From Mustelus asterias (taxonomy: Eukaryota): a stretch of 64,000 nucleotides of DNA. The stretch lies in the NCBI RefSeq assembly GCF_964213995.1, contig NC_135803.1:30256001-30320000 (forward strand), given 5' to 3'. Positions 1-12,552 of the stretch are shown here, in pieces. Made by a program: the position numbers and the translations under genes. Numbering within the stretch: position 1 is the first letter of the stretch; each line of letters starts with the position of its first letter. The notes beneath the pieces were generated by a model. It was given only the letters and a program-made list of their open reading frames with translations. It was not told where the DNA came from and did no database searches.

Positions 1-821
1 TGGGAGATCCGGTCTAACAAATTTAATTGAGTTTTTTTGAAAACGTTACTAGATAATAAGAGTAGCGCAGTTGATTAAATGGACTTCAGTAAGGCCTTTG
101 ACAAGATCCCAAAGGTTAGAGCCCATGGGATCCAAGACAAGTTGTGTCCAAAATTGGCTTGTTCATAGGAGGCAAAGGGCGATGATGGAGGACTGCTTTT
201 GTGATTGGAAGCCTGTGATCAGTGGTGTACCACATGGATTGGTGCTGGGATCCTTGCTGTTGTCACATATATATTGATGACTTGGATGTGAACGTAGAGG
301 TATAACTAGTAAGTTTCCAGATGACAAAAAAATTGGTGGTGTTGTTGATAGTGAGGAGGATAATCCTAGGCTACATGATATTGATCAGCTGGTAAATTGG
401 GCAGAGCAATGGCAGATGGAATTTAATCCTGATAAATGTGAGGTGATGCATTTTGAGAGGTCTAATAAGGGTGGGATATACTCAATGTAATGTATGCCCC
501 TAGGGAATATTGAGGAACAAAGGGACCTTGGTACACAACTCCATAGATCCCTGAAGGTGGCAGCACAGGTAGATAGGGTGGTGAAGAAGACAAACAGAAT
601 GCTTGCCTTTATTAGGCGGGGCATAGAATATAGGAGCAGGGAGGTCTTGTTATGATTTTATAAAACATTGGTTAGGACCAGATGGTCGTCACACTATGGG
701 AAGGAAGTGATTGCACTGGAGAGGATGCAGAGCAGATTCACCAGGATGTTGTCTGGGATGGAAAGTTTCAGCTATGATGAGAGACTGGATACATTGGGTT
801 TGTTTTCCCTGGAGCAGAGGA
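1..821 (+). mobile_element. Old degraded CR1/HER1-type LINE RT fragment (left part; resumes at ~5473)
   Basis: Frameshifted RT motifs (SGVPHGLVLG; RFTRMLSGM..SY.ERL..LGLFSLEQRR). It breaks at GAGCAGAGGAG and resumes at GAGGCTGAGG...LIEVYKI at 5473. Confidence 0.85.
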
Positions 822-885
822 GAACAGAAAATGCTGGAAAATCTCAGCAGGTCTGACAGCATCTGTGGATCGAGAATAGAGCGTT
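822..885 (-). mobile_element. PLE family B terminal fragment (AGAAAATGCTGGAAAATCTCAGCAGGTCTGACAGCATCTGTGGA)
   Basis: The same sequence recurs at ~7075 and 40622, and inverted at ~7170 and ~42510. The PLE assignment is inferred from palindromic copies with TSDs. Confidence 0.6.
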
Positions 886-984
886 CGATAAGGTCCCCCA
901 TGCAAGGCTTCTAGAAAAAGTGAGAGGGTATGGGATCCAAGGGGCTGCTGCCCTGTGGATCCAGAACTGGCTTGCCCAAAGGAG

Positions 985-1087
985 TAAGAAGTTTAACAAC
1001 ACCAGGTTAAAGTCCAACAGGTTTATTTGGTAGCAAAAGCCACACAAGCTTTCGGAGCTCCAAGCCCCTTCTTCAGGTGAGTGGGAA
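985..1087 (-). mobile_element. Short PLE family A insert (pseudo-LTR) in CR1, TSD TTGCCCAAAGGAG
   Basis: Direct repeats at 972-984 and 1088-1100; sequence matches the ends of the GIY-YIG-encoding element at 13322-16566. Confidence 0.9.
1043..1079 (-). ncRNA. Minimal type I hammerhead ribozyme
   Basis: Minus strand reads CAC-CTGAAGA-A-GGGGC-TTGGA-GCTCC-GAAA-GC-TT-GTG: CUGANGA and GAAA cores, stem I CAC/GTG, stem II, palindromic AGCT stem III and a CUU cleavage triplet. Confidence 0.8.
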
Positions 1088-2130
1088 TTGCCCAAAGGAG
1101 GCAGAGAGTGTGTATAGGTGGGTCTTTTTCTAATTGGAGGTTGGTCACCAGTGGTGTGCCCCAGGGATCTGTTCTGGGACCCTTGCTCTTTGCCATTTTC
1201 ACAAATGACCTGGATGACGAAGTGGAGGGATGGATTGGTAAGTTTGCCAACGACACGAAGGTTGGTGGGGTTGTGGATAGTCTGGAGGGATGTCAGAAGT
1301 TACAGAGGGACATGGATAGGATGCAAGACTGGGCGGAGAAGTGGCAGATGGACTTCAACCCAGATAAATGCGTAGTGGTCCATTTTGGCAGGTCGAATGG
1401 GATGAAGGAGTACAATATAAAGGGAAAGACTCTTAGTACTGTAGAGGATCAGAAGGACCTTGGGGTCCGGGTCCATAGGACTCTAAGCAGGTGGAGGAGG
1501 TGGTTAAGAAGGCGTATGGTGTGCTAGCCTTTATCAATCGAGGGATTGAGTTTATGAGTCCGGGGATAATGATGCAGCTATACAAGACCCTCGTCAGACC
1601 CCACTTGGAGTACTGTGCTCAGTTCTGGTCGCCTCATTACAGGAAGGATGTGGAAAAGATTGAAAGGGTGCAGAGGAGATTTACAAGGATGTTGCCTGGA
1701 TTGAGTGGCATGCCTTATGAGGATAGGCTGAGGGAGCTTGGTCTTTTCTCTTTGGAGAGACGTAGGATGAGAGGAGACCTAATAGAGGTATATAAGATGT
1801 TGAGAGGCATAGATCGGGTGGACTCTCAGAGGCTTTTTCCCAGGGTGGAAATGGTTGCTACGAGAGGACACAGGTTTAAGGTGCTGGGGGGTAGGTACAG
1901 GGGAAATGTTAGGGGGAAGTTTTTCACACAGAGGGTGGTGGGCGAGTGGAATCGGCTGCCGTCAGTTGTGGTGGAGGCAAACTCAATAAGGTCTTTTAAG
2001 AGACTCCTGGATGAGTACATGGGACTTAATGGGATGGAGGGTTATAGGTAGGCCTAAAAGGTCGGGATATGTTCGGCACAACTTGTGGGGCCGAAGGGCC
2101 TGTTTTGTGCTGTAGTTTTCTATGTTTCTA

Positions 2131-4205
2131 AATGTGGCAAATTTTCAAGGAGAATTTGTCTGGAGCTCTGCACAGCAATGTTCCAATGAGACAGGGGAGT
2201 TATGGTAGGTTACAGGAACCATGGTGCACAAAAGCTGTAACGAATTTAGTCAAGAAGAAAAGAAAAGCCTACAAAAGGTTCAGGTAATGTTAGAAATCTG
2301 GAAGAGTATACGACTAGTAGGAAGGAACTTAAGAGGGAAATTAGAAGAGCAAGAAGGGGTCATGAGAAGGCCTTGGCAGACAGGATAAAGGAAAACCCCA
2401 AGGCATTCTACAAGTATGTTAAGAGCAAGAAGATAAGATGTGAAGGAGTAGGACCTATCAAATGTGACGGTGGGAAAGTCTGTATAGAACCGGTAGAAAT
2501 AGCAGAGGTACTCAATGAATACTTTACTTCAGTATTCACAGTGAAAAAGGATCTTGGTAGTTGCAGTGCAGACTTGCAGTGGACTGAGAAGATTGAGCAT
2601 GTGGACATTAGGAAAGAGAATGTGTTGGAGCTTTTGAAAAGCATCAAGTTAGATAAATCGCCGGGACCGGATGGGATGTACCCCAGGTTACTGTGGGAGG
2701 CGAGGGAAAAGATTTCTGAGCCTCTGGCGATGATCTTTGCGTCATCAATGGAGACGGGAGAGGTTCCGGAGGATTGGAGGATTGCGGATGTGGTTCCGTT
2801 ATTCAAGAAAGGGAGAAGAGATAGCCCGGGAAATTATAGACCAGTGAGTCTAACCTCAGTGGTTGGTAAGTTGAAGGAGAAGATCCCGAGAGGCAGGATT
2901 TATGAACATCTGGAGAGGAATAGTATGATCAGAAATAGCCAGCACGGATTTGTCCAAGGCAGATCATGCCTTACGAGCCTAACTGAATTTTTTGAAGATG
3001 TAACTAGACACATCGACGAGGGAAGAGCGGTAGATGTAGTTTATCTGGATTTCAGCAAGGCGTTTGATAAGGTGCCCCATGCAAGGCTTATTGAGAAAGT
3101 GAAGGGGCATGGGATACAAGGGGACATTGCCTTGTGGATTCAGAACTGGCTCGCCCACAGAAGGCAAAGTGTGGTTGTAGATGGGTCTTTTTCAGCATGG
3201 AGGTCGGTCACCAGTGGAGTGCCCCAGGGATCTGTTCTGGGACCCTTGTTCTTTGTGATTTTTATAAATGACCGAGATGAGGAAGTGGAAGGATGGGTTG
3301 GCAAGTTTGCTGATGACACAAAGGTTGGTGGTGTTGTGGATAGTGTAGAGGGATGTCAGCAGTTGCAACGAGACATCGATAAGATGCAAGACTGGGCGGA
3401 GAAATGGCAGATGGACTTCAACCCAAATAAGTGTGTGGTGGTTCATTTTGGCAGGTCGAATAGGATGAAAGAATATAATATTAAGGGTAAGACGCTTGGC
3501 AGTGTGGAAGATCAGAAGGATCTTGGGGTCCGGGTTCATAGGACGCTCAAAGCAGCGTCGCAGGTAGAGGCTGTGGTTAAGAAGGCGTATGGAATACTGG
3601 CCTTCATCAATAGAGGAATTGAGTTCAGAAATCGGGAGATAATGCTGCAGCTGTATAGGACCCTGGTCAGACCCCACCTGGAGTACTGTGCCCAGTTCTG
3701 GTCGCCTCATTACAGAAAGGATGTGGAAGCCATAGAAAGGGTGCAGAGGAGATTTACAAGGATGTTGCCTGGATTAGGTGGCATGCCTTATGAGGATAGG
3801 TTGAGAGAGCTAGGTCTATTCTCCTTGGAGAAGCGAAGGATGAGAGGTGACCTGATAGAGGTGTATAAGATGTTGAGAGGTATTGATAGAGTGGATTCTC
3901 AGAGGCTTTTACCCAGGGCTGAAATGTTTGCCACAAGAGCTCACAGGTTTAGGGTGCTGGGGAGTAGGTACAGAGGAGATGTTAGGGGTAGGTTTTTCAC
4001 TCAGAGGGTGGTGGGTGCGTGGAATCGGCTGCCGGTAATGGTGGTGGAGGCGGATTCGATAGGGTCTTTTAAGAGACTTTTGGATAAGTTCATGGAAGTT
4101 AGTAAGATAGAGGGTTATAGGTAAGCCTAGTAGGTAGGGACATGTTCGGCGCAACTTGTGGGCTGAAGGGCCTGTTTGTGCTGTAGCTTTTCTATGTTCT
4201 ATATT
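2131..4205 (+). mobile_element. Young 5'-truncated CR1 LINE with an uninterrupted 583-codon RT-region ORF (2373-4124)
   Basis: KSPGPDG, GNYRPVSLTS, QHGF, YLDFSKAFDKVPH, GVPQGSVLGP, FADD and RPHLEYC motifs; CR1 3' UTR and TTCTATG tail; no endonuclease domain. Confidence 0.97.
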
Positions 4206-4269
4206 TCTTGTAAATGGATAGGGAACAGACTTGAGTTGAACATTATCACGATCTGACCATTCTCTCTAA

Positions 4270-5470
4270 GGTCACAAAGTGGCAACGCAGGTGGAGAAGG
4301 TAGTCAAGAAGGTATGCGACATGCTTGCCTTGATCAGCCGGGGCAGTGAGTTTAAAAATTAGCAAGTCATGTTGCAGCTTTATAGAACCTTAGTTAGGAC
4401 GCACTTGGAACCTAGTGTTTAATTCTGGTCACCACACTACCAGAAAGATGTGGAGGTTTTGGAGAGGGTACAGAAAAGATTTACCAGGATGTTGCCTGAT
4501 ATGGAGGGCATTAGTTATGAGAAGAAGTTGGAGAAACTTGGTTTGTTCTCACTGGAATGATGGAGGTTGAGGGACGACCTGGTAGATCTTCTAGATTATG
4601 AGGGGCATGGACAGAGTGGATAGTCAGAAGCTTTTTCTGAGTCAATTACTAGGGGCCATAGGTTTAAGGTGCGAAGAGTAACGTTTAAAGGAGATGTACG
4701 AGGCAAGTGTTTTTACACAGGGTGGTGGGTGTCTGGAACTCGCTGCTGGGTGTGAAGTTGTACGAACTAAGTAAGGGCATGATGGGAAAATTGGTCAACT
4801 ATTTGTTACAATATAAAGAACGGCTGACCAAAGCTATTTCAAAATGCCAGACCCCTGTAAGAGTTAATAAGGCTGTAAGAGTAAATAAAACAAGATAAGG
4901 TCAGGGAGGAAGGAGTCACCGACCTCCTTCTGTTCCAAGGTCAAGATAAAGGTATGAATAATGAGACGAAGAGTTCTAGGAGGTCAGCAAGTTAAAACAT
5001 GATTAATGATATTGCTTATGATTCTATTACTAATCGAATTCCTGAATATGCTCTGGTCACGCAAACTGATAATGATTATGTATAAATACTGAACTGATTC
5101 TTTGTGTAATTGCAGACTTGAGGAGGAATTAGCAAGTTGTACCAACTGCTCTCTGAACTCAAGTTGTCAGCCAATAGTTCATGCAGTCTTTCGTAAATAA
5201 AGACAAAGTTATTTAGTCAAAACAAATTTTGTTGAGTCTTTCTATCACAGTCAAGGAGCAGGAAAGTTTCCACTTCAACATGGGGGAGGTAGTGGAAGCA
5301 GATACGATGGTGACTTATAAGAGGCGTCTTGACAAATACATGAATAGGATGGGAATGGAGGGATATGGTCCTTGGAAGGGTAGGGGGTTTTAGTTCAGTT
5401 GGGCAGCATGGTCGGTGCAGGCCTGGAGGGCCGAAGGGCCTGTTCCTGTGCTGTAATTTTCTTTGTTCTT
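4270..5470 (+). mobile_element. Degraded CR1 3' fragment split by a solo LTR
   Basis: CR1 RT C-terminal motifs at 4270-4750 continue at 5281-5470 with a 3' UTR ending TTCTTTGTTCTTTG. Confidence 0.85.
4751..5280 (+). mobile_element. Solo LTR (530 bp), 4-bp TSD TGGG
   Basis: TGTGAAGT...ACTTCAACA termini; TGGG at 4747-4750 and 5281-5284; TATAAATA at ~5081 and AATAAA at ~5196; the host CR1 is continuous across it. Confidence 0.85.
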
Positions 5471-5472
5471 TG

Positions 5473-5860
5473 AGGCTGAGGGAGAATCTGATAGAGGTAT
5501 ACAAAATTATAAGAGGCATGGAAAGGGTAGATCGTCAGAATTTTTCCTTATGACAGAAGTGTTTAAGACCTGAGGCATAGGTTGAAGGTGAGGAGTAAGT
5601 GGTTTAGAGGGGATCTGAGGAAAACAGTTTTCACCCAGAGGGTGGTGGAAATATGGAACGCGCTGCCTGAGAGGCTAATGGAGGCAGGTACTCTCACAAC
5701 ATTTAAGAAGCATCTGGACAAGCACTTAAATTGCCAAGACACAGTAGGTTATGGACCAAGTGCTGGTAAATGGGATGAGTATAGATTGGTATTTGATGGT
5801 CAGCATAGACATGATGGGCTGAAGGGCCTGCTTCTGTGCTGTATGACTCTATGGCTCTAA
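5473..5860 (+). mobile_element. Right part of the old CR1 that starts at position 1
   Basis: RLRENLIEVYKII and FTQRVVEIWNALP motifs, followed by a CR1 3' UTR with a CTCTATG tail. Confidence 0.8.
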
Positions 5861-7027
5861 GATAATGGTGGTTTTGTGATCGTAAAAATTTGTTTCAGAT
5901 TGTCTGAATTTTCATCCACCATGTTTGAATAGTGTTCAAATTGGAATTTCAGAGAACAAAGCTGTGCTTTACTTCTTATCATGAATGCTGTGATCTTCAT
6001 AAATTTTCTCAACTGGACTGGCCAAGTTGTTAATGCAAAAGCAGTTGGATGTAATGTGCCATTGTCACCCATTCCACGAGTAAATGTTTTTGAACCAGGG
6101 AGAATCCCAGTGGCTGGAACTGTTTTAAAGAGATCATCCTGCTTTCAGAATGTGATGCTTCACCTCCAAGTCCTTAGTGGAAATTACAGAATATTCAAAC
6201 TTTCACAAGTGTACATTGAGTGTATTTCGCTCGATAAAGTTTCAATCATGATTCTTTACAAATGATTGGATTCCAAAAAAACAGCCTAGTAGAAGAATTT
6301 GAGGGAGAGATTTGTTGAAGTGGTGCTGCAGAGACTTAACTTCATTCACAGGGGAGGTAGTACCACAGGATGCTTCCCACGCAGTCTGGGTGGCATTCTT
6401 CAGTGATACTAATATCATTAGTATCATTGAAGATACTAAAAAGCCATGCAGATATGAGTGCCTCAGGGAATCAACTTAAGTTTGCATTGGGCTAATTCTC
6501 CGCTTTTTAAACATTATACAGAGATCTGACTGGGTCCCTTTAGACAAGAAAGCACTTAAACAATTAAAAACAAGCCACTGATTGCAAGCTAAATTACTAT
6601 ACATAATATTTTCCATGTTGCCTTAATTTATTTGGGAAAAACATCTAATTAATTTAATGTTTTTAATCAGCTGTATTAACAGAGGCTCATGAATTACGCA
6701 GAACATACAGCACAGAAACAGGCCATTTGGCTCAGCTGCTGAATGCCAATGTTAATGCGCCACATAAGCCTTCTCCTAACTCTCTTCATCTAACCCAATC
6801 AGCATATTCTTCTATTTCTTTCTTCCTCATCTGTTTATCTTGTTTCCCCTCAAAGACATCTATGCTATTTATGATGTTTTCCGCATAAATTTTGATAATG
6901 AGTTCTACATTATAACCACCAGATAAAAAGGTTCTGCCTGTACTCATTTTTGGATTTAATAGTAATCGACTTGAATTAATGGCTCCTAATTTTGGGCTCA
7001 CCCACTGGCCAATTTGTAGAAATGTCT

Positions 7028-7223
7028 AGGTAAAAGTAAAATACTGCGGATGCTGGAATCTGAAACAAAAAACAGAAAATGCTGGAAAATCTCAGCAGGT
7101 CTGACCATATCTGTGGAGAGAGAATAGAGCCAACATTTTGAAGGGTCACCCAGACTCTCTCTCTATTCTCTCTCCACAGATGCTGCGAGACCTATTAAAA
7201 TCTTCCAGCATTTTTTGTTTTTG
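7028..7223. mobile_element. Palindromic PLE family B insert
   Basis: Arms ~7065-7135 and ~7160-7223 are inverted copies; flanked by TGT(A/G)GAAATGTCT at 7015-7027 and 7224-7236. Confidence 0.7.
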
Positions 7224-7905
7224 TGTGGAAATGTCTTCTCCACATCTACTGTATAAACTATTCATAATGTTCAAGATCACCACGGGATCATCCCTCAACA
7301 TACTCTTTTCTAGAGAAAATTCCAGCCTGTTCATTCTTTCCAATATTATATCCTCCTTGTAAAGCATTTTATGCCTTTCCAGGCCTCTACATGATTTCTG
7401 CAACAAAGAAATCAGACATGCACACAGTACTAAGTATGATCTAACCAGGTTTGTGCGCAACATCCCTGCTTTTCAATTTTAGCCCGTTAGAAATGGCCCC
7501 AGTACTTTGTTTGCTTTGCTTGTGGCTTCATTAATCTGGATCGCGACTTAAAGTGATTTGTATCGGTGTTCCTACATTCTTTGTTTCTGCATCTCATTTA
7601 GATTCTTATTATCTAAGAAGTAAGCGGCTTCCTTACTCTTCCTATTAAATTGCACCATCTCACCAATACTGAAATTCATTTGCCAATTACACATTAGGTC
7701 ATTTTTCAAGTTTGTTAATAACTTCTTCTATTTTGTCCGAGTCCTCCTCAGCATTAACTACAGACACTATAATTCCTCCCTCTCCCCAGTTTTATGGCAT
7801 CACAGATTTTGAAATTGTACGTCTTACTCTCAAGTTCAGAGTTCGAAAGGCATAATTCTGTAGTGAAGAACAATAAAATACATCAGATAATAAAAAGCTC
7901 AGAAC

Positions 7906-7987
7906 CTGTTGTTCAGCCTCCCTTTCTTTTTGTAAATTTTGTAACTGCTTTTTCAGAACTTTAATTTTTCTTCTGCCTTCCTCCTCC
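7906..7987 (-). CDS. IQCG: IQCG/DRC9 coding exon (EEEGRRKIKVLKKQLQNLQKEREAEQQ)
   Basis: AG/GT bounded, 82 nt, phase 2 to 0; resembles human IQCG EEKGRKQIISLQKQL; frame-compatible with the preceding exon. Confidence 0.88.
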
Positions 7988-8611
7988 CTGTGAAATGTGT
8001 AAAAATGAAAGTTTTTCAAATTGCATGAACAACAGGAATATATAGCAGCATTTTTTATTATAAATATGTAAAAATCCACAGTTACTCACTGATTAACAAA
8101 TGAAGATTTTGAAGACTAAATTTAACTTTATATTTATAGGAATTATAGTTGCAATACACAGAGTGCACAAGAGTGCCTTGGCAACAGCAGTGACTTACAG
8201 AACTTCTATCCAGTGGTGCTGAATTAGAATGCCAACTTCCACTGTTACTCCAACCAATTCCTTTCAAGGATCAATATTGCCAGTTGACGTACCATCATTA
8301 GATTGGGTAGTTCTCTGAGAAGAGGACATGTACAGAGCTCACTGCACATAAATTTAAACTACTATCAATTTATTTGTGGAGTAAAACTGGCAAAAGATAT
8401 AGGCCAGAATTCTCTGATCTTGCCTACAGCTGGGACTCTCCAGTCCTGCTGCTGTAAACAGAGATATCGCTGGGTGCCAAATTCTCCGTTCTCGCTGGCA
8501 GTAGGAGCGGGGTGTGTGAGAGTTCTGCACCTCCCACAACTGTCCAAATTTCTCAGATAAATGCAGCAGCAAGGAGTTGGGAAGCAATAGCAGCAGTGCA
8601 TCTAAAATGGG

Positions 8612-8778
8612 ATAGCCATGAGGTGGAGATGCCGGCGTTGGACTGGGGTAGGCACAGTAAGAAGTCTCACAACACCAGGTTAAAGTAACTCACCTGATGA
8701 AGGAGCAGCACTCCGAAAGCTCGTGCTACCAAATAAACCTGTTGGACTTTAACCTGGTGTTGTGAGATTTCTTACTGT
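8612..8778. mobile_element. Short PLE family A insert: tailed minus-strand end plus inverted partial pseudo-LTR
   Basis: TSD TCTAAAATGGG at 8601-8611 and 8779-8789; CACAGTAAG..ACAACACCAGGTTAAAGT is inverted against ACTTTAACCTGGTGTTGT..CTTACTGTG. Confidence 0.88.
8691..8725 (+). ncRNA. Minimal type I hammerhead ribozyme
   Basis: CAC-CTGATGA-A-GGAG-CAGCA-CTCC-GAAA-GC-TC-GTG; all core nucleotides intact, CUC triplet. Confidence 0.85.
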
Positions 8779-9225
8779 GTCTAAAATGGGGAAATTAGGA
8801 GATATGCCTTTGATGTAGACCAGTGTTTATTAATAGAACTCTGTATTCTGTTCCTCATCCCTCACTTGACACGATTTACTTATTTACTCTTTATTTAATT
8901 GAAAGGAATGAGGTAACGTGAGTGAACTACGGCTGAGCAGCACTTGAACCAGCATACATTCTATAAGGTAATCACCACAAGTAAAGGCTTATGGCACTGT
9001 CTGTCCCCAGACAATCTACGTGGTCTTGTAATATTTTAAACAAATTATTCTCTCAGAGTATTGAACTAAGTACTGGGAGGAATTTGGCTTAGTGGCTGTT
9101 CCAGTACATACTGAGTGTTTCCTATTGATCAGCTAGGTATGGGAGAGTATAATTTATTCAGATAGATACTCAGTGTGTTGCCCATTCAAGTAAATACTAA
9201 AAGTACCATGGATGTCAAAGCTAAC

Positions 9226-9354
9226 CTGATAATAACATTTTGCATGTTGATTTTTTTCTTTTTCTCCCATTCGATAACGTTCATTAGAAACATAAATGTT
9301 CCAGAATAATTTAGCTCCTGCAAGGTGTTATTGATCACGTCCAAAGCAAATTGC
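9226..9354 (-). CDS. IQCG: IQCG coding exon (QFALDVINNTLQELNYSGTFMFLMNVIEWEKKKKINMQNVII)
   Basis: AG/GT bounded, 129 nt, phase 2 to 2; resembles human QFFSDVIADTIKELQDSATY. Confidence 0.9.
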
Positions 9355-11779
9355 CTATTAGAATGAAAACCATTAATAACATTAAACACAGTGAACGATA
9401 TATCAAGGTATATCAACTTTAAACTAATGCCCCATAGGTATCTACTCAGGTACAGTGATGTCGGCCACTGCCAAAAGGGGAGTAGTTGCCTGCTATTTTT
9501 CCCCCAAAGGTTAATACCCATTTTCTCCTATCTGCTAGTGTGGAGACAGAACTTGGGAACGTAGGAATGATATTTCTGTGATCTTTGGTACAATCAAAAC
9601 AATTTCTGTTGATGTACCTTTATGAAAAAATAAACAGCACATATTCCAATAGCAAATGTCAGAGAATTTTATTTTAACACAGAAAAGATATTCCTCTCTA
9701 TTACATTTCTTAACCGCAGATGTTGCTTCTCCACCACAACTGCTTTGACTGACCTCTGATATTGTGTTAATTTTTGAAAGTTTTTCTTCAAAAGCTAGCA
9801 GAAGAAAAAGATCTATCAACACTAAAGTGCAAGGCATTGCTAAACATTCTTTACTTTTTTCCAAAACAACAGACTTTTAAAACACCTTAAATGGCACTGG
9901 GTTGACAAAGCAGCAAATGAATTTCTGGAGTAGTTACAGTACTTTAGGGAAACCTCTGCTCAGAAAGCATTTTGAAGCCAACTCAAGTCTAGGTCCTATT
10001 TATGGAAAGCAAAGGTTGTTTGATGCCAAACCATGACGGTATGAATAAAGAACAAACATGATGCACTGCATGTTCAATTTATGTAATGGTGTGGTGTCAA
10101 AATGGGGCTAGGGGAACAGCACCTGGGAAAAAGAACCATATACAATATTAGCTAAAATCAGAACCAGGTAGGGAAATTAGCTGATCAGGAGTCGAGTGGG
10201 AATGGGGTCAAAGGAACAGGAATGTTTCATAGATGAGTTAAGCTTGGAGAGGGTAGGAAGATAGAAGTTCAGGGCTAGAGCTAGGGGCGTGAGGAGAGTT
10301 TGGATTCATGGGAAAGGAGTAGCAGCAACAAAGGCAGCTGAATAGATAGTCGCCAACTCAAACAAAGATATATCTGCACATTATGTTTTTATGAGCTGAG
10401 GGTACAAAAAAAACAGAGGAATGGATTTAAGGAGTAGTAAATAAAAAAGCTACTATTGTCCTAAATTATCCTGAAAGTAGGAACCATTTTGGCAGAGGAG
10501 AACAAGATTCAGCAGAGTGTGGTGTAGCTAAGCTAGACTTGGTGATTGCTTTCTCTGCCCTGTTATACTCTGAGTCAATTTGCATTTGGAAATGGAATAA
10601 AAACGGAGTTACAACTGTAAAGGGTGATGGGCAGGACCATCAATGATGGACTCGATCAGCAAAACAACAGCTATAAAAGTATGGGGGGGGAATGGAAGGT
10701 GAAAGTACAGGTATATATGCTGTACTGAGGTTGATAGTATGCTATAATCAGTTTGGAGTTATGCAAAAGAAAATGGGATTAATGAAGGACAAAGGGATTT
10801 GGGTGGTGAAGAAATAGGAAGTGGTCAGTGATTGAACAATGCGCAAGCATGCGTTTGCTTGATAAAACTATCTTTGGAAAACTGAGACAAACTCTACATA
10901 TGTGACTTAATTGTCACAGCCATAACAATATTGTAACTCCTGAAACAGTGATATGTTTAAAAGCTACACTTTGAAAGACTGAAATTCAAGATGTTTCCTG
11001 AAGACCGCCAGACCTTTTTGTGGATTACAAACAATTTTCTTGTCCCCAAGAGAACAAAGTTCTGATATTCTTTCTGATATTGACTAATATTTGTCAGACC
11101 AGGAAGTAAATAAAATCCTACCAAAACCTTAAATGTAAAAAATTGTGAATTTGCCTTTTCAAACACACAAGATTACTGTAACCACAGTGGGAGAAGGATC
11201 CAACTGTTTAATGGGATTATCATAATATTTAATTTGGACTATGATTTGACACTGATGGAAGCAGCAGCAGCCTTCTATTAACAGATATTAACAGAAGTTC
11301 AAACTAGCTATGGAGAGAAACAAACTCAAAGACTTCCCACAGAGAAAGTTTTGCAAAAAGCCATCGTCCATTGCAGTCCGCTAAGCAGCCTAAGTAGATG
11401 CTGAAGGAACAAGGACTCTGCTCCAACCTGTTTCCTGACCAAATTCACCTGAGTTCTCAGTCTCTGGCAGATCTGCTACAAGAGTCTTTGCTTTTCAAGA
11501 TCTTGACTTTGAGCAAAAACATCAACTCAACCAAGAAACATCAGATCCGAAACACAATAGAGACTGAGTTATAATTACTGTTTTACCTTCAACTATATTT
11601 TTTGTGTACATGATAGTATTTGTGAGTCATGCAAGTGAGGCATCAAGCTTTCATTTAACCTTTAGGGCAAATGTGTGTGGAAATAAAGTAACTTCCTTCA
11701 TTTTAAATACATAAAAGCTTAGTGCTGAGTTATTACTCAATCACTCCAAGGGTAAGAAAATACACACATCTACTTTCAG

Positions 11780-12120
11780 TGGAGGCAATAGCGTGGTGGC
11801 ATTGTCATTAGACTAGTAATCCAGAGACCCAGAATAATATTCTGGGGACCTGGGTTCAAATCCCACCACAGCAGATGGTGAAATCCAAATTTAATGAAAA
11901 TCTGGAATTAAAAGTCTAATGATGATCATTTAACTATCATCGATTGTCGTAAAAACCCAGCTGGTTCACTAATGTCCTTCAGGGAAGGAAATCACTTGTC
12001 CTTACCTGGTTTGGCCTATGTGCGATTCCAAATGTGGTTGACTCTTAAATGCCTTCAGGGATGGACAATAAATGCTGGCCCAGCCAGCGAAGTCCAACTC
12101 CCATGAGCAAATAAAAAATA
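11780..12120 (+). mobile_element. tRNA-derived SINE, family 2 (L2-type 3' end)
   Basis: A/B-box-like head (GGTTCAAATCC) and tail AATAAATGCTGGCCCAGCCAGC; related copies at 25829, 38417 and 58415. Confidence 0.75.
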
Positions 12121-12204
12121 TATATATTTGATAATGGGCAATAAAAGGTTATACCTTAAAATTATCTGTGACAAGTTCACCTGATAGCAAATACTTACAT
12201 TTAG

Positions 12205-12552
12205 ACAAGGTAGATAATCAATATCTTTTCCCAAAGATAGGGGAGTCTAAAACTAGAGGGCATAGGTTGAAGGTGAGAGGGGAGAGATACAAAAGTGTCC
12301 AGAGGGGCAATTTTTTCACACAGAGGGTGGTGAGTGTCTGGAACAAGCTGCCAGAGGTAGTAGTAGAGGCGGGTCCAATTTTATCTTTTAAAAAGCATTT
12401 AGATAGTTACATGGGTAAGATGGGTATCGAGGGATATGGGCCAAATGTGGGCAATTGGGATTAGCTTAGGGGTTTTAAAAAAAAATAAGGGCGGCATGGA
12501 CAAGTTGGGCCGAAGGGTCTGTTTCCATGCTGTAAACCTCTATGACTCTATT
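12205..12552 (+). mobile_element. CR1 3' fragment
   Basis: TRGHRLKV..NFFTQRVVSVWNKLP plus 3' UTR; very similar to 49215-49577. Confidence 0.85.

Larger units (their letters stand above)
886..2130 (+). mobile_element. 5'-truncated CR1 LINE (RT C-terminal half + 3' UTR), interrupted by a PLE insert
   Basis: FDKVPH, SGVPQGSVLGP, KFANDT, RPHLEYCAQFWSP and GKFFTQRVV motifs (ORFs 1081-1527, 1491-2051); 3' end GGGCCGAAGGGCCTG...TTCTATGTTTCTA. Confidence 0.95.

Noticed and set aside
2373-4124. 583-aa ORF as a host gene or autonomous LINE
   Set aside because: It is a 5'-truncated CR1 ORF2 with no ATG start and no endonuclease domain.
5860-7000. Next IQCG exon
   Set aside because: No AG/GT-bounded segment resembling the expected LKDQLQE motif was found; downstream exons are presumably outside the window.
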